From Macrostomum lignano (lineage: Eukaryota), in contig NIVC01002074.1 in NCBI GenBank assembly GCA_002269645.1, forward strand, positions 62,001 to 126,000: 64,000 bases of DNA. Direction: 5' to 3'. A program made the position numbers and the translations under genes. Below, in pieces: positions 1 to 13,574 of the stretch. The notes beneath the pieces were generated by a model. That model was not told the DNA's origin, ran no database searches, and was given only the letters and a program-made list of their open reading frames with translations. Position 1 is the first letter of the stretch. Every line of letters begins with the position of its first letter.

Positions 1-794
1 ATGGCAACGGTGTAGACGGTGACGCCGACGCCCGAGCCGACGCCGACGACTGCCGCCTGCTGCGAGACCAGCTGGGCGACGCTCTTCGCCAGTGCAACGC
101 CGCATGCTGCGCAGCCGAGCAGATGTGCACCTTGGCTGAGCTGCCAATCAGCGACGACTTGGCCGACGCCGGCAAGGGATTGCGGCTGGACGCGCGGCTG
201 TACCGCCTCGGCTGCCTGCGCCGGTTGCCGTCGGGCAAGAGGCTGCTGGTCTGCCTGACCGGCGACTGCCTGCTGCTCATCGCCTGCCGCAGCGGCCCGA
301 GGCACTTCCGGCTGCTGGAAGGCATCCGACTGGATGGCCTCGAGGTCGACCTTCAGCCAGTTGAGGCGTCGGTTGCTATGGAGACAAACGCGTTTGCCGT
401 GAGCGGAACTTTCAGCCTTCGGCAGAGGCAGCGCTGGCGGCGTGTTGCGCTGGCAGCTGAGACACCGCGGGAGCAGCGACTCTGGCTGGAGGATCTGGCG
501 GCGGCTCGTGCTGGAGCTGCAGACGGCTCCCCCTCGGCGCCTTTTGAACTGACGGCGCTGCCAATGCCGCCACCGATATCGACGGAGCTCCAGATGCTTC
601 AGCGACGCTTGTCAGTTGCGCGTGCCTGCTGGCATCTCGATGGTGGCGTCAGTATTGGCGCCGGCGAGTTGGCGCGTTGGCGCGCCTGCCGGCTCAGCGG
701 CCACCTGCTGCGGAAGCTGCGCGACTCGCCCGGCTGGCAGCGGCTCTGGGTGGTGCTGGCCTGGGCGGCCCTGCACTTTTACAAGTCCTACCAT
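1..794 (+). CDS. FARP: FARP-like RhoGEF, exon open from window start (end of DH region, PH1, start of PH2)
   Basis: Frame open from nt 3. RLSGHLLRKLRDSPGWQRLWVVL..LHFYKSYH matches FARP PH2 (LSGNLLRKFKNSNGWQKLWVVF..LFFYKSHQ). Donor CAT|GTTAGT at 795, phase 0. Confidence 0.85.
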
Positions 795-828
795 GTTAGT
801 GCGGGGGACTGGGAGACCGTAGCGCTTA

Positions 829-1045
829 GGAATGTACTTTTAGTGCTAATTGTAAAATGCACCTTTAGTGTTTATGATGGAATGAACTCTTGGTGATAAT
901 GGTAGAATGTACTTTTAGTGTCTATGGTGGAATGTACTTTTAGTGTCTATGGTGGAATGTACTTTTAGTGTCTATGGTGGAATGTACTTTTAGTGTCTAT
1001 TGTGTAGTGTACTTTTAGTGCTTGTGGTGAAATGTACCTTTAGTG
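829..1045. repeat. 25-bp minisatellite (FARP intron)
   Basis: GAATGTACTTTTAGTGTCTATGGTG, degenerate at the edges. Confidence 0.85.
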
Positions 1046-1689
1046 ATAAGGAGAAATGTAAATTTGATGGCGCATTTCATCGCATCAGTAGGCAAGATAC
1101 AGCGGTTCTTGTGGCATCCGAAATTTGACAGCAGCCTTAATTTAAAGAACTTCAAGAGCAGACAAAACTGCATTCAATACTAGCACTATAAATTAGAGAT
1201 GAAGCGCACTCAAGGCTCCGAGCACTCTGCGTGCATTACTATGAAGGCAATCGTATAGATTAGAATGGGCAGGCAGCCCAATTGGCCAAAAGTTAATTGA
1301 CCGTGGCACAGCGCGCTGACTCAACGGTCTATCAGCAGCAAAGTCGAATTTCCTGCAGACGTGAAAGGGTCGAAGAGAAAGGGGGCTGAGGAGAAGTCTG
1401 AAGTTGATCGCTTCATCAAGCCTGCCGCTGCTCTTCAATGCTCTTTTCTTTGCGCGCACCCTTTGACTGCGACTCGGTTCCTCGTAAATTGCCAAATTAT
1501 ACTCTCTGGCTTGAACTTTGCTCCGAAATTTTACTCGAACTCAATTTTCATTAGCCTGCAATTGCAACTCAATTCTCTTCTTCACTGCTGGAGAGACGAA
1601 AATTTAATTGAGAAAGTGAACGATTGAGAGGGGTTTGGTCTGCTGCCATCGTTGAGGCCGCAGGATTGAACCGCCCCCACACTGCCCGC

Positions 1690-2275
1690 CCAATCATTGC
1701 CTAATTCCCTCACTGCTCGTCCAATCATTGCCTAATTCCCTCACTGCCCTCCCAATCATTGCCTAATTCCCTCACTGCCCTCCCAATCATTGCCTAATTC
1801 CCTCACTGCCTTCCCAATCATTGCCTAATTCCCTCACTGCCTTCCCAATCATTGCCTAATTCCCTCACTGCCCTCCCAATCATTGCCTAATTCCCTCACT
1901 GGCCGTCCAATCATTGCCTAATTCCCTCACTGCCCTCCCAATCATTGCCTAATTCCCTCACTGGCCGTCCAATCATTGCCTAATTCCCTCACTGCCCTCC
2001 CAATCATTGCCTAATTCCCTCACTGGCCGTCCAATCATTGCCTAATTCCCTCACTGCCCTCCCAATCATTGCCTAATTCCCTCACTGCCCGTCCAATCAT
2101 TGCCTAATTCCCTCACTGCCCTCCCAATCATTGCCTAATTCCCTCACTGCCCGTCCAATCATTGCCTAATTCCCTCACTGCCCGTCCAATCATTGCCTAA
2201 TTCCCTCACTGCCCGTCCAATCATTGCCTAATTCCCTCACTGCCCTCCCAATCATTGCCTAATTCCCTCACTGCC
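1690..2275. repeat. 31-bp minisatellite, about 19 copies
   Basis: CCAATCATTGCCTAATTCCCTCACTGCCCTC. Confidence 0.95.
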
Positions 2276-2407
2276 CGCCTCCCTCAGTACCCGCCTCCCT
2301 CACTAACCACCCCTCAAGCAGCAGCACCATCAGCTCCTCAAGCAGCCAGCGTACACGAAGCCGGAACTACGTATAAAAATCCCTCGATCTCCCCTCCCTC
2401 CCCAAAG

Positions 2408-2571
2408 GACGAGTCGCCAACGGCAGTTCTACCCCTGATTGGTTGCCGGATCGGCCGCCCAGACAGTCCAGCGGACCGGGCGGTCATCGGAGAGAAGAGG
2501 CACGCGTTTCGCCTGCAGTGCGGCAGCCGGAAGTACTACTTCCGGTCAGACTGTGCCTACACATGTGACAG
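2408..2571 (+). CDS. FARP: FARP-like exon (PH2 continued)
   Basis: Acceptor ccaaag|GAC. DESPTAVLPLIG...YYFRSDCAYTCDR parallels FARP DNHPLASLPLLG...YYFRAESEYTFER. Donor AG|GTGATG. Confidence 0.85.
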
Positions 2572-2946
2572 GTGATGGATGCAGAAGGAAGCATCATTAT
2601 CAGCAATCAGTCAGCACTGAGTGGTTTACCAGCAAGTTTAGTTGAGCATATGCGGTCCGTAGACTGCAGTTTTCTTTCACACAAGTTTACCAAGCTAGTT
2701 CTCCAAGAAATGCAAGTAAAGTACTGGCAAAATTTCTAGGTGTAGTATAGACCGAATTAGTCTGGTGAAACCCGTTGAGAAAGTGCTAAGGCATTTTAAG
2801 CTCTCCAATAATTTAATTTCAAATTTCCTTAATAAACTGCTCAGAGGTCGCCTTACTTTTCGGCAATGCCCGAAGTCCTGCAAACCAACTGACCCTGCAT
2901 ATTAGTATTGCATTATTAATATTAGCATTATTAATTACTCCCGCAG

Positions 2947-3016
2947 ATGGTTTCAATCAATTAGTCGGGTTCTGTCTCCATGGCAACAAGAAGCCAATCC
3001 TGACGCGCAAACGTGA
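2947..3016 (+). CDS. FARP: FARP-like terminal exon
   Basis: Acceptor ccgcag|A completes R, then WFQSISR (PH-terminal Trp) to TGA. AATAAA near 3063. Confidence 0.7.
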
Positions 3017-3730
3017 CCAGGCTCAACAAATCCAGATCGGGACAAACGAGTCCGATTTTGAAAATAAAAAAAGACGATAAAAATGAGCCAATTGACTGCT
3101 TTTATTTAATTTTTTGTTGGCGGCCAGAGACAGACATCTTGCTTATTTATTAGCATCATCATATTACAGACAGCAATGAAATTAATATGCTTTAGCGAGC
3201 ACAACAGAAAGAGAGGACAGGAAAAAGCAAACAAAGTTACAATGCATTTTCGTTTGCGAACTGAAAGTTTCGAATAGTTTTTTAAGCCCCTCGTTCGTCT
3301 CGCGAAAATAAGCAGCGGATATACTACTGCTACTAGTTGAGCAGTAGCATAACTGGCTGAATTAGCAAATTTATAAAGCGCTCGCGGTTACATAAGTGAT
3401 GCAACAAGTCGGACTAAAACTGATTGGTGGAACAATTAAAGGTCATAGAAGTGCGCAGAGATGCGGCAAAGCCCTAAGGCATTTATTAGCGTCTTGACGG
3501 TCATCGGGATAGTAAAAAAACACCCCAGCGGCGCAAGGGCAGGTATTAAATAACAAAGGTTAAATACACCAATAAAAATCAAGAACTGTTTATCTCGCAT
3601 ATTTAATTTGTGTTGATTTTCAATGTTTCTTTAAGTTTTCTTACCTGAATAAACTGAGAGGAGCTTTTGACAGATAAAAGCTGACAATTTTATTTGGCCC
3701 GCTGGATAAAACCACACGTGAATCGGTGCT

Positions 3731-4332
3731 ACAGGTAAACCGGTTTCACAGGTACACCAATGTCACAGGTAAACCAGTTTCACAGGTAAACCAGTTTCAC
3801 AGGTAAACCAGTTTTACAGGTAAACCAGTTTCACAGGTAAACCAGTTTTACAGGTAAACCAGTTTCACAGGTAAACCAATGTCACAGGTAAACCGGTTTC
3901 ACAGGTAAACCAATGTCACAGGTAAACCGGTTTCACAGGTAAACCAGTTTCAGAGGTAAAAACCAGTTTCACAGGTAAACCAGTTTCACAGGTAAACCAG
4001 TTTCACAGGTAAACCAGTTTCACAGGTAAACCAGTTTCACAGGTAAACCAGTTTCACAGGTAAACCAGTTTCACAGGTAAACCAGTTTCACAGGTAAACC
4101 AGTTTCACAGGTAAACCAGTTTCACAGGTAAACCAGTTTCACAGGTAAACCAGTTTCACAGGTAAACCAGTTTCACAGGTAAACCAGTTTCACAGGTAAA
4201 CCAGTTTCACAGGTAAACCAGTTTCACAGGTAAACCAGTTTCACAGGTAAACCAGTTTCACAGGTAAACCAGTTTCACAGGTAAACCAGTTTCACAGGTA
4301 AACCAGTTTCACAGGTAAACCAGTTTCACAGG
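3731..4332. repeat. 17-bp minisatellite, about 35 copies, between convergent FARP and NPL4
   Basis: ACAGGTAAACCAGTTTC. Confidence 0.95.
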
Positions 4333-4433
4333 AACATAAGAATCAGAGATTAGCCAGTTGAACAATGCCCGATCCCGCAGAATAATCAGCATCATAAATC
4401 AATGACAAACAAAACGATCCCACCCAATGCCCA

Positions 4434-4893
4434 TCACTGCGGCAGGCCGCAGATCTCGCAGGCCGCATTCTCGCCGCCGCCGGAGTTCTGAAAAGTGCAA
4501 TGCCGGCACTGCCAGCCGGCGCCGGATTGGCTGAAGGCCACCGCTTTCACCACCTCCCAGTTCGGGCAGGAATTAACGAACGCCTCGGCCGCTGCGGAGT
4601 CGCCCGACATCACGTGACGCAACAGTTCGCGCAGCTGCTCGGGCGGGAAAGCGATGACGGGATCAGTGAGCAGGTGAAATAGCAGGTGAAAATCCGATAA
4701 TACAACGGCTAATCCTCGCCCGGAAACGGTTTCTAAGGCGTCGCGAAGGCTGCTAGCCGCAGTTTCTCCGCCAATAGAGGCCCGGTTTTCAATCGGGAAC
4801 CGGTTGGCGGGTTGGAAGGAGCAGGCGTGCTCGGAGGCGTCCTTGGCGAAGCCGACTGGCATGTCGATTAGGAGGAAGTCCACTGGCAGCGGC
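4434..4893 (-). CDS. NPLOC4: NPL4 exon 4 with C-terminal NZF zinc finger
   Basis: RPLPVDFLLID...FPIENR...LSDFHLL and WQCRHCTFQN...CEICGLP stop. Confidence 0.92.
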
Positions 4894-5117
4894 CTGCGGG
4901 AATGAAAACAGGCGCGCCAAAAAGCGTCTGGGTAGCGCTAAAATAGCATCAGGGGTGGCGCTAAAAAGCGTATGGCGCCAAAATAGCGCCTGGGACGATG
5001 GCGTCAAAATAGCGCCTGGGATGATGGCGCCAAAATAGCGCCGGGAGAGAAAGGCGCCAAATCTATTTGGGAGAGCCGCCCTCGGCTTTGGATCATAAAT
5101 CACAGCTCAATCCTCAC

Positions 5118-5473
5118 CTGGCGAGTCGCTTCATCCGATTGCCATACTCATTAGTGCCGCTATAGAACACGTCCGGGGCAAACTGGCCGTCCTTGGTTCG
5201 CTCCCTGCACCAGGCCAGCTCGGGCGCGTCAAACGTAGGCACCAGAATCTCGTCCCGGACCAGCGCCATGCCCTGATTGGACAGCTGATAAGCGGTTGGC
5301 GCGATCTGATTGGTCTGATCGCCAGTCAGCACACAGGTGACAAATTTGGAGCCGAACCGGCCGCCCTCTGCTTTGGAGCAAATATTGGGGTGCTGCACCT
5401 GCAGCTGGCCTGCCGTGATGGCCTCCTCGGCGCTGAGAAAGAATGTGTCACCTGTGCCGCGGAAGTGCAGCAC
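5118..5473 (-). CDS. NPLOC4: NPL4 exon 3
   Basis: FFLSAEE...GSKFVTCVLTGD...AYQLSNQGMALVRD...NEYGN. Canonical splice sites, phase 0 in and phase 2 out. Confidence 0.92.
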
Positions 5474-5507
5474 CTGGACACGGGTTTTCGGTAGCGTTTT
5501 TGGGGAT

Positions 5508-6116
5508 TACTGTCTGATTGTCACACCACATAGTTTGATTGTCACTCTACACTGTCTGATTGTCACTCCAAACTGCCTGATTGTCACTCCACACTGCCTG
5601 ATTGTCACTCCACACTGTCTGATTGTCACACCACATAGTTTGATTGTCACTCTACACTGTCTGATTGTCACTCTAAACTGCCTGATTGTCACTCCACACT
5701 GTCTGATTGTCACTCCACACTGTCTGATTGTCACTCCACACTGTCTGATTGTCACACCACATAGTTTGATTGTCACTCCACACTGTCTGATTGTCACACC
5801 ACATAGTTTGATTGTCACTCTACACTGTCTGATTGTCACTCCAAACTGCCTGATTGTCACTCCACACTGCCTGATTGTCACTCCACACTGTCTGATTGTC
5901 ACTCCACACTCTGATTGTCACTCCACACTGTCTGATTGTCACTCCACATAGTTTGATTGTCACTCCACACTGTCTGATTGTCACTCCACACTGTCTGATT
6001 GTCACTCCACACTGTCTGATTGTCACTCCACACTGTCTGATTGTCACACCACATAGTTTGATTGTCACTCCACACTGTCTGATTGTCACTCCACACTGTC
6101 TGATTGTCACTCCACA
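5508..6116. repeat. 21-bp minisatellite (NPL4 intron 2)
   Basis: CACACTGTCTGATTGTCACTC. Confidence 0.95.
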
Positions 6117-6151
6117 CGAAATGTCACTTCAAATTGGCCATTGGCACTCAC

Positions 6152-6592
6152 CTTCCCGGACTCGTCAGCAGGCAGTAGGTCGGTGAAGACCCAGCCAACC
6201 AGCTGCATGCCCAGCATATCTAACAGGGCATCCAAAGCCGGCTTATGCGGATCCTCGGGCTCCAGCAGGACCCGGTGTTTGTGGCACTGCTGAGGCGGCT
6301 CGTAGATGGCCGCCACGACAGCTTTAATGCCGAGCGAGACGCCGGCGTGTCGTTCGTACCGGCCGACCAGGTAGCCGATCCGCTGGTGCCCAGAGCGGCG
6401 CCAATAATTAACGAACCGGTCCACAATTGACGGATGCTCGAATTGCAGATAGTCGACATGCCGATAGCCTTGCTGCTCCAGCGTCAGCGGGTCCGGCATG
6501 CAGGCGCTGCAGATGCCGGTTGAATCATGATTCCGGCAGCCCGGCTTTTTGCGAGCGCTCACATTGGCCAAGGCGCCGCTGTACTTTTCAGC
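6152..6592 (-). CDS. NPLOC4: NPL4 exon 2
   Basis: Acceptor ccccag|GCT. YRHVDYLQFE...QRIGYLVGRY...AAIYEPPQ...VGWVFTDL. Donor AAG|GTGAGT. Confidence 0.92.
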
Positions 6593-6639
6593 CTGGGGTT
6601 GTTAGAGGCGCCGTTTGTTATTTACTACTGATAGTAGCT

Positions 6640-8155
6640 GGAAGTGCACACACAGATGCAGATACTATTCGAACTGGAAGTGCACATAATTGCAGGCACT
6701 ATTCGAACCGAAAAAGCTCGTACACACAACTAGACACTATTAGAACCGGAAGTACACACAAGTACAGGCACTATTTGAATCGGAAGTACACACAAGTACA
6801 GGCACTATTCGAATCAAAATGCACACAAAATGCAGACACTATTCAAACCAGAAGTGCACATAATTGCAAAAACTATTAGAACCGGAAGTGCACACAATTA
6901 GACAGTATTCGAACCGGAAGGGCACACAACTAGACACTATTCAAACCGGAAGTGCACATAATTGCAGAAACTATTGAAACCGGAAGTGCACATAATTGCA
7001 AAAACTATTAGAACCGGAAGTGCACACAATTAGACAGTATTCGAACCGGAAGGGCACACAACTAGACACTATTCGAACCGGAAGGGCACACAATTAGACA
7101 CTATTCGAACCGGAAGTGCACATAATTGCAGAAACTATTCAAACCGGAAGTGCACACAACTAGACACTTTTAGAACCGGAAGTGCACACAACTAGACACT
7201 ATTCGAACCAGAAGTGCACACAACTAGACACTATTAGAACCGGAAGTGCACACAACTAGACACTTTTAGAACCGGAAGTGCACACAACTAGACACTATTC
7301 GAACCAGAAGTGCACACAACTAGACACTTTTAGAACCGGAAGTGCACACAACTAGACACTTTTAGAACCGGAAGTGCACACAACTAGACACTTTTAGAAC
7401 CGGAAGTGCACACAACTAGACACTTTTAGAACCGGAAGTGCACACAACTAGACACTTTTAGAACCGGAAGTGCACACAACTAGACACTTTTAGAACCGGA
7501 AGTGCACACAACTAGACACTTTTAGAACCGGAAGTGCACACAACTAGACACTTTTAGAACCGGAAGTGCACACAACTAGACACTTTTAGAACCGGAAGTG
7601 CACACAACTAGACACTTTTAGAACCGGAAGTGCACACAACTAGACACTTTTAGAACCGGAAGTGCACACAACTAGACACTATTAAAAACGGAAGTGTACA
7701 CAAAATACAGACACTATTCGAACCAGAAGTGCACACAACTAGACACTTTTAGAACCGGAAGTGTACACAAAATACAGACACTATTCGAACCAGAAGTGCA
7801 CACAACTAGACACTTTTAGAACCGGAAGTGCACACAACTAGACACTTTTAGAACCGGAAGTGCACACAACTAGACACTATTAGAACCGGAATTGCACACA
7901 ACTAGACACTATTCGAACCAGAAGTGCACACAACTAGACACTATTCGAACCAGAAGTGCACACAACTAGACACTATTCGAACCGGAAGTGTACACAAAAT
8001 ACAGACACTATTCGAACCAGAAGTGCACACAACTAGACACTATTAGAACCGGAAGTGTACACAAAATACAGACACTATTCGAACCAGAAGTGCACACAAC
8101 TAGACATTATTCGAACCAGAAGTGCACACAACTAGACACTATTCGAACCGAAGCA
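6640..8155. repeat. 32-bp minisatellite (NPL4 intron 1)
   Basis: GAACCGGAAGTGCACACAACTAGACACTTTTA. Confidence 0.95.
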
Positions 8156-8173
8156 CACAAAAGCGTTGGCTAC

Positions 8174-8722
8174 CTGAATCTTGCGCAGAAAAGCGTGAAA
8201 CGGCAGATATTTGACAGGCGGATCCAGACTAGCCAAATATTCACTGTCGTACGGCTCCAAAGGGGCGCAGTGCAGGCAGCCGGCTCCGTCGGAATGTCGG
8301 CACATTTTCGGATCGCGTTTTCGAATAATTCGACCGTCCTCGCGGTCTAATTCAACATCTAGAGGATCGTCAGGCGTGGTGGAGGCTGAGCCAGCCTTAG
8401 CTGAGACTACGCTGGCGGCAACGGAAGCTCCACCAATGGACGGCTCAGCCAAGCTGTCGGCAATAGAGGACGGCTCACCAGCGGAATCGTTCTGCCTGAC
8501 AAACAGAGAATCGCCGTGTTTAAGGCCAACGCTGGCAACGGACTGAGTGCGGCTACGCGGCAGAGCCTGCTGTTTACCGTTGGCCTGGCGCCGGTTCAAT
8601 TGAAACGAAGACTCCGGTAGGCCAAGCGTCTTGGCGGCGCGACTGTACAAGGAGGCCAACTTCTCCGTGTCGCCGACCTCCAATCGTTGGGTGCCCTTGG
8701 GCGAGCGCAGCGCGATCAGCAT
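8174..8722 (-). CDS. NPLOC4: NPL4 exon 1 (UBL domain, zf-NPL4 start)
   Basis: MLIALRSPKGTQR...DGRIIRKRDPKMCRH...CLHCAPLEPYD is typical NPL4. Donor CAG|GTAGCC. Confidence 0.92.
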
Positions 8723-9193
8723 TGGCAATGAGTGCTGGAATGTATTTTTCAATTTTTTATGATAACGTAAAATAAGCGTATTTTCGCAGAACTCTACTTA
8801 GTAAGTAGCGTGTTGAAGATTTTTTAATAGTCTAAAATAGTATTTAATTCATGTTCTTGACTACGTTTGAGACAGAGCGTCAGATTAGCCGGGTTTGGCC
8901 ATAGACAGCAGCTCGGAACAAATGAAAATCCAGAACCGAATTTAGTGCAACAACCGGAAAAACAGCAAAAATTTACTCTCATAAAAATGATTTTATTTAA
9001 AAGCAAAAAATATTAATAGCATTAACAACAATTTAACAGTAGCAGTTATGGACATGGAACAATATTACCAACAGTTTAAAAAATGAAGAGTTATGCAAAC
9101 AATAGATTCAGTTTACTTTTTGCATAGGCACAAAGGTTAGTAGCTCTATCAGGCGATACAATCAACTATAAATAAATATACATATATATGGAC

Positions 9194-9516
9194 CAAGGGT
9201 CGGCAACCCCGGCCCGTGGGTCCTTTGAAACTTTACAATAGCAATCCGTTCCGCTCAAGGTTTGTCTTTTCTCAGCTCTCTTACCTTCCCTTTCCTCTTC
9301 TCTCTCCTCTCCTCCTCTCGTTTCTCTTCTCTCTACTCTCCTTTTATCTTCTCTACTCTACTCTTTTCTCTCCTTCCATCTCTCAACTTATATTCTGTCA
9401 CTTCTTTTCTCTTATCCCATATCTTTTCTCTTCCGTTCCTCTCTCACCTTGGCCAGTGGCCATTAGCTAGCTTCTTTATCTGGCCAAAAGGAGATAAAAA
9501 ATTTCGCCGACCCCTG
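9194..9516. mobile_element. hAT-like MITE with CT-rich interior
   Basis: Ends CAAGGGTCGGCAA / TTCGCCGACCCCTG are imperfect TIRs. No clean 8-bp TSD. Confidence 0.5.
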
Positions 9517-9918
9517 ATATATTTCTAGATACATGTAGACTAAAATCTTTCAAAGCAAGACCAAAGTAACCAGTGACAAAGATAGCAGCCGTGCAAAAAC
9601 ACCTGTCTCTACAAGTAATTCATTTAACAATCAAGCAGATCCAATAATTGTCTTGGAAAGAATTGCAACAATGTGAATGCAAAGCTATTTGCATATTATA
9701 GAAGTAGAACGCTACTCTTAGTACAGTAATAAGAAATATCGCGCGAAATTCGAGATCAATCAAGGAATATTTTCAAATTATAATATGGTCCCTTCAGGAA
9801 TAATACGCTCCTAATAAAGAAAACAAATTTCATTACTTTCAGCTAAAACCTGTTCAATTGTGAAGTGATCTAAAAAAATTAATCCATAAAATTGCTACCC
9901 AAGATATTGACTATACTG

Positions 9919-10090
9919 TCACACAATGCTCTCTTTGCGATAGGATTGCAAGGAGAATACTCTGCGGCCTTTAACTCTGTGCAACAGCCTCTGATAATAG
10001 TCTAGCATTGCGGCGTCCCATCGAGTCTTGTTCTTTGAGTACAGATTCAAGTAGATGCCCAGCACCACTACCAGGCCGCTCCACACGTAT
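9919..10090 (-). CDS. SLC35B3: SLC35B3 terminal exon
   Basis: ctttcag|(Q)YVWSGLVVVLGIYLNLYSKN...stop. Confidence 0.9.
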
Positions 10091-10119
10091 CTGAAAGGAT
10101 TCGGGTGTTTTATATGCAT

Positions 10120-10938
<819 letters not shown>

Positions 10939-10965
10939 GCAAAATAACATACTTCAGCTACTTAC

Positions 10966-11035
10966 TGCATAGTGAACGGCTTTGAAAAGAAGAAAAATGA
11001 CAGCACAATGGTGACCGCTTTTCTGCATGTGGTTA
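10966..11035 (-). CDS. SLC35B3: SLC35B3 exon 6
   Basis: ttttag|(V)TTCRKAVTIVLSFFFFSKPFTM(Q)|gtaagt. Confidence 0.9.
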
Positions 11036-11118
11036 CTAAAATTACAATTAAATTATGATAACTACGAAAGTTGCAATATAACTTAAAATACAATTTATAG
11101 TTTAAAAATGATATTCAC

Positions 11119-11230
11119 CAGTAACAGCGGGCAGAGCGCCATAGGACTGCACTAATAGCAACACGAACTGCATGCCAACGTAACCAGTAATAGACATGAT
11201 GAATGTGCAGCCGTAGATGCGCCACACGTG
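11119..11230 (-). CDS. SLC35B3: SLC35B3 exon 5
   Basis: tttgcag|HVWRIYGCTFIMSITGYVGMQFVLLLVQSYGALPAVT|gtgaat. Confidence 0.88.
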
Positions 11231-11339
11231 CTGCAAACCAGATGAATTCATGCATTTAGACAGATCAATTATAACTTATATATTTGGGGCGAATGAGTGA
11301 GTGATGGCATACCAGATATGGAATACATCCAATGCGTTG

Positions 11340-11757
11340 CAGATGGGGTATCGGGATGGCAAATGGCATGGGGTATCGGGATTTGAAAATGGGGTATCGG
11401 GAAGGCAGATGGGGTATCGGGATTTGAAGATGGGCTATCGGGATGGCAGATGGGGTATCGGGATTTGAAGATGGGGTATCGGGATGGCAGATGGGGTACC
11501 GGGATTTGAAGATGGGCTATCGGGATGGCAGATGGGGTATCGGGATTTGAAGATGGGGTATCGGGATGGCAGATGGGGTACCGGGATTTGAAGATGGGCT
11601 ATCGGGATGGCAGATGGGGTATCGGGATTTGAAGATGGGGTATCGGGATGGCAGATGGCAGATAAGGTATCGGGATTTGAAGATGGGGTACCGGGATGCC
11701 AGATGGGGTATCGGGATTTAAAGATGGGGTACCGGGATGCCAGATGGGGTATGGCAG
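11340..11757. repeat. Alternating 20/21-bp minisatellite
   Basis: GATGGGGTATCGGGATGGCA / GATGGGGTATCGGGATTTGAA. Confidence 0.9.
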
Positions 11758-11791
11758 ATGGAATTATGAATTCCTAAACGGTAAAACTCAC

Positions 11792-11884
11792 TTGATTTCC
11801 ATAGGCCAAGCCGGCAAAGAGCTTGTTGGTGACGAGCAGGCCGGGAATAAGGTAGCCAAATCCAATGAAAAAGGTGTACAAAAT
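11792..11884 (-). CDS. SLC35B3: SLC35B3 exon 4
   Basis: tttgcag|ILYTFFIGFGYL...GNQ|gtgagt, 31 codons, phase 0. Confidence 0.85.
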
Positions 11885-11965
11885 CTGCAAAAAATTAAAG
11901 CAAACCTATATTAGAATAGAGAAGACAAATACGCAGGATTAAGAAGAGTCAAAATAGTAACTCAC

Positions 11966-12063
11966 CATCTCCGATGCAGTGTGATTATAGGCCTTCATCG
12001 TTCGCTCCTGGACATTGCCAATTGCTCCGTCTGCGCAGAGGGCCAAGCTCATTAGGAATACGC
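11966..12063 (-). CDS. SLC35B3: SLC35B3 exon 3
   Basis: Read by hand: ggcag|GC GTA...SLALCADGAIGNVQERTMK...EM|gtgagt. Phase matches exon 2. Confidence 0.9.
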
Positions 12064-12174
12064 CTGCCAGTGTTGTGGGCAGAGATAACGATTAGAGGGA
12101 GCGCTGGGTAGGAGGACTGGATTAGACTTGCGCGTGTAGAGAGGAAGGGAGGTAAAGGAAGATGACGGAATTTG

Positions 12175-12735
12175 AGCAGAGGGGAGATAGTGAATAGAGC
12201 AGTAGAGTAGAGGACAAATGGTAGATTAGATAGGGTGAAATGACAGTAGGAGAATGGGAGAGTTGAGAAGGGAGAGAATCGATAGAGGAGAGTAGAAAAG
12301 GGGAGAGTTGATAGGAAAGAGTAGAGAAGAGAAAGGTGACAGAAGAGAGTAGAGAAGGGGAGAGAGGTGACAGGAGAGTAGAGAAGGGGAGAGAAGTGGC
12401 AGAGGAGAGTAGAGAAGGGGAGAGTTGATAGGAAAGAGTAGAGAAGAGAAAGGTGACAGAGGAGAGTAGAGAAGGGAGAGAGGTGACAGAGGAGAGTAGA
12501 GAAGCGAGAGAGGTGACAGAGAAGAGTAGAGAAGGAGAGAGAGGTGACAGAGGAGAGTAGAGAAGGGGAGAGAGGTGACAGAAGAGATTAGAGAAGGGGA
12601 GAGAGGTGACAGAGGAGAGTAGAGAAGGGGAGAGAGGTGACAGGGGAGAGTAGAGAAGGAGAGGTGACAGAGGAGAGTAGAGAAGCGAGAGAGGTGACAG
12701 GGGAGAGTAGAGAAGGAGAGGTGACAGAGGAGGTT
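12175..12735. repeat. Purine-rich degenerate minisatellite (about 28-31 bp)
   Basis: GTGACAGAGGAGAGTAGAGAAGGGGAGAGAG variants. Confidence 0.9.
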
Positions 12736-13123
12736 GTGAGGAGAGGAAAATCGGTAAGAGTAGATAGGATAGGAGGCAATTATGCAGAAAAGTCCAGAAA
12801 ATGTCACTATATCTTTTTTTCTGTTTTACATTTCTAAATTTACTACATAAAGGTAAAGAGAGGAAGTCAAACAGGATACCAAAGAAACACTGAGTCTGAA
12901 TATCAACACTGCGATTTACGTAGGTAAACAGTTTAAGCATTAATTGATAAATTTTATTGGTTTATTGGCTTTTTTCCGCCGGTCATAAATTAAATTAACA
13001 TGAAAGAAATACGAATAGAGAATAATTCTAGTTCTATAGTGATTACATTGACTAAATAATACTACAGCAGGAAATTCTGTCAGGAACAATCATCTCCCAC
13101 CCCAACTATAATCTGCCAGCCAG

Positions 13124-13456
13124 TCAGTCTCCAGCAAACTCCCGTTCAACCTCTCGCCGGTCCCTTGCGTACACCGCCCGGTCCAGCCACCAGGCCAGCG
13201 CCGGCTGCAGCTGGGCGGGGGTCAGCGGCTGAAATCGATCGCTGTCGCGTTCGGCAGATTCGAGCTGACGACCTAGGCAGGCCAACTGACTATACAGTTC
13301 GGAGCCGACAGAGAGGCTGGAGTCCAGGTTCATGGTGAGCTCGGCTACTTCGGCCGCTTGAGCAACGCCGCGGAGCAGACGGTGGAGCAGCGAGTCGGAG
13401 TCGCTTGGCCGGCGGGCCGATGGCTCAGCTCGGAGCTGGCTGCGTCTGAGGCACTC
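13124..13456 (-). CDS. Unidentified nested gene, exon 2 (to stop; 258 aa total)
   Basis: Acceptor aatacag|GAG in phase with exon 1, open to stop at 13124. Two minus-strand AATAAA at about 12953-12965. Confidence 0.7.
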   Translation of the reverse strand, partial: ECLRRSQLRAEPSARRPSDSDSLLHRLLRGVAQAAEVAELTMNLDSSLSVGSELYSQLACLGRQLESAERDSDRFQPLTPAQLQPALAWWLDRAVYARDRREVEREFAGD

Positions 13457-13574
13457 CTGTATTGAAATTTTTAGGGCATTTGTTATAATGGGCAGCTGAA
13501 GAGTAGCTTTGATGGCATGGGTTTTATTGGTTACTAAGTAGAGTTGAGCAGTTTTATTATAGGCTTGACTGGTT

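Noticed and set aside
1193-1627. ORFs 1193-1495 (-) and 1361-1627 (+) in the FARP intron
   Set aside because: No recognisable motif, splice signals or TE termini.
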